Source: Thermoplasmatota archaeon (lineage in GTDB: Archaea; Thermoplasmatota; E2; DHVEG-1; B18-G2). Taken from it: DNA of 64,000 nt. Below are positions 62,016 through 64,000 of this stretch, in pieces. The translations under genes and the position numbers were made by a program. The stretch is from contig JAPDJO010000076.1 in the NCBI GenBank assembly GCA_029259115.1, positions 12,447 to 76,446 on the forward strand, given 5' to 3'. Within the stretch, counting starts at the first letter, position 1, and each line of letters starts with the position of its first letter. The notes beneath the pieces are model-generated. The model searched no databases, was not told the origin of the DNA, and saw only the letters and a list, made by a program, of their open reading frames with translations.

Positions 62016-63448
62016 CTCTCAATCAACGCTTCCTTAAGTTTCAACCTCTCCCAATCTTCCTTTTTCAAGACACAGCCGGGATCAGGAGCCTTTAAATCTC
62101 CAAAGTATGCATAGGCTCTCGCTCTACAGCCTCCACAAATATACCTAAATGAGCATGAATTACAGGCATAGTCTGATGCATCCCTATCTCTTAACATTCT
62201 CATTACTTCGCTGTTTTTCCATACGTTGACAAAACCATCCTTTAAGACGTTTCCAACCTTAATTGGTATAAACACGCAGGGCTGGATATCGCCGTTATGC
62301 TCTATTGAACAATAGATTCTTCCAGCTCCACATCCTCCTATGAACTCTGTTAAAGCCTTGACCGCTCCTCCAAACTCTCCTGGTAGCTCGAATTCCGCAA
62401 AATGGGTTGGTGATACCTTGCATTCTCTTCTAGTTATCGATACTCTAGCATAGGATGGAGATGTGGAAAAAATCTGCAGCTTTCCTTTTTGCCATTCATC
62501 ATACAGATAATTCATCAATCTTTCCCTCTCTTCAGGACTGAGATCCTCTTCCACTATACCCTTCGCCCTTCCGGTTGGTATGAAATTGAAAACAATGAAT
62601 CTGTCAACCTTTAGTTCTCTCGCAAGCTCTATTATCTCTGGAAGTTTGTCCATATTGTAACGGGTTACTGTGGTTGCTATACCCGTTGATAACCCAACAT
62701 CTCTTGCATTCTCTATACCTCTCACTGCTCTCTCAAAAGCTCCATTAACTCCTCTGAATTCATCATGAGTTTTCGCATCTGGTCCATCTAAACTAACCTC
62801 GACATATCTTATTCCAACTTCTTTCAATCTTTCCGCAACCTCTTCCGTTATCAAGGTTCCATTCGTTGCAACGGAAAGATAGAAACCTTTTGATTTCGCA
62901 TAATCAGCAACATCCCAGAAATCCTTATTTGCCAAAGGCTCTCCTCCCGAGAAGGATATCGCGGCAACCCCAGCCTCATCTAATTGATCAACGACTTCTT
63001 TTCTCTCTTCAAGCGTTAATTCATCTTCCGCAGGCTTATTACTTGCGTTTGCATAGCAATGCCTGCATCTAAGATTGCACTGCTTTGTAAAGTCCCACAC
63101 AACCATGAAGGGGGCAACAAGTCTTTGAGGTACAGTGATACCATATTCAGCTATACTTCCAATGATAACCGCAAAACCCTTTCTCATGTAAGGATCCTTT
63201 AAAAAATCTCTTATTGCTTCTCCCTCTACATTGAATCTTTTCGCTCCTCTCTCTATCGCCCTGCCTATTATGCCAGCATAAATCTTATCCATCGCATTCC
63301 CATCTTCTACGCCAGCGTATATACCAAATGCCTTCTCTATCTTCTTTATCCTTGCCATTCTTTTCACGACGAATCTCAGAACCTTGTTGTCCAGAACCCT
63401 GTTCAGATAATCTATGATTTCAGCCTCATTCATTTCCTTTTTCTCCAT
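62012..63448 (-). CDS. Radical SAM/SPASM protein with long N-terminal extension; candidate GMGT synthase-like
   Basis: APFMVVWDFTKQCNLRCRHCY, FSGGEP, GGCGAGR...PCVF, C..C.....CGGCRARAY...D..C. Confidence 0.85.
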   Translation of the reverse strand: MEKKEMNEAEIIDYLNRVLDNKVLRFVVKRMARIKKIEKAFGIYAGVEDGNAMDKIYAGIIGRAIERGAKRFNVEGEAIRDFLKDPYMRKGFAVIIGSIAEYGITVPQRLVAPFMVVWDFTKQCNLRCRHCYANASNKPAEDELTLEERKEVVDQLDEAGVAAISFSGGEPLANKDFWDVADYAKSKGFYLSVATNGTLITEEVAERLKEVGIRYVEVSLDGPDAKTHDEFRGVNGAFERAVRGIENARDVGLSTGIATTVTRYNMDKLPEIIELARELKVDRFIVFNFIPTGRAKGIVEEDLSPEERERLMNYLYDEWQKGKLQIFSTSPSYARVSITRRECKVSPTHFAEFELPGEFGGAVKALTEFIGGCGAGRIYCSIEHNGDIQPCVFIPIKVGNVLKDGFVNVWKNSEVMRMLRDRDASDYACNSCSFRYICGGCRARAYAYFGDLKAPDPGCVLKKEDWERLKLKEALIER

Positions 63449-63503
63449 GCCACCTCAACCCCCTTTGTTTTGAAGGTGATTTTCATACTTTAACCTTTTC
63501 AGT

Positions 63504-64000
63504 CTATAACCTAATCCATCTATAGGAAGTTGTAACAAGCTCAATCTTATCTTCAGTTACCACTGGTTTGGAGAAACTGTGCTCCATCTCCATATCTATC
63601 TCTTCTATCTTTATATCCATCAGATCGAGTGGTTTATCAACATCAACTCCTCTTCTCATCGCCCATTTCCTTATACTTTGTACAACCAGTCTTGAACCTA
63701 GCTTTGCAAGCGGTAGAAACATCACAAGATTTGGATTTTCCTTTGCCACTCTTTTCAATCCCCTGTCAACCTCATAAGCAAGGTGGCGCCATGCATGATA
63801 GATGTGCAAAATCCTTCCCTTTGTGAGATGTTCGTTTGCATCGAAGAAATTACCCTCTTTCAAACCAGCCATTGGAATAAAGCCCAGAGGAGTTACGGTG
63901 AAATGAGCCTTCTCTCCAAGTTTTTCTTCTAATTTTTTCTCCATCGTAAGTATCAATCTTGCGGTATCGATATTGTCTTCATCTGTCTCCCATGGTAAGC
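63504..64000 (-). CDS. C-terminal part of a radical SAM protein truncated by the window edge
   Basis: The frame stays open to the window end: LPWETDEDNIDTARLI...VTPLGFIPM, matching the (G)xPxET.ED...T radical SAM C-terminal motif. Confidence 0.65.
   Translation of the reverse strand, partial: LPWETDEDNIDTARLILTMEKKLEEKLGEKAHFTVTPLGFIPMAGLKEGNFFDANEHLTKGRILHIYHAWRHLAYEVDRGLKRVAKENPNLVMFLPLAKLGSRLVVQSIRKWAMRRGVDVDKPLDLMDIKIEEIDMEMEHSFSKPVVTEDKIELVTTSYRWIRL

Overview
AT-rich archaeal chromosomal segment. It most likely comes from an anaerobic Thermoplasmata lineage (inference: gyrB-gyrA occur together with archaeal information-processing and isoprenoid genes and many secreted Ig-like proteins). 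The core is housekeeping: gyrBA, EndoQ/Nre repair, RqcH-pelota, thiL, purM, purF, EF-1beta, the ipk-fni-GGPP synthase-gltX cluster, tRNA-Lys(CTT), kptA, rpiA, hypE, ogg and a six-gene oxidative-stress operon. Three loci stand out. (1) An accessory island at 1-9.4 kb, containing two IS relics, encodes three intact and one decayed secreted precursor-like peptides (conserved PL[YF]KIR pro-region, hypervariable Cys-rich tail). With them are two paralogous exosortase-like/GATase-like membrane proteins and a secreted Cys-His-Glu hydrolase. (2) A probable cobalamin-uptake locus at 27.3-30.7 kb, whose ArsR regulator is fused to a transcobalamin-like (DUF4430-type) domain, with a matching GATA[AC]C-N6-GATAAC motif in both promoter regions. 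(3) A run of three radical SAM genes at 60.6-64 kb that resemble tetraether-lipid modification enzymes. All family assignments come from motif recognition by eye; no database searches were run.
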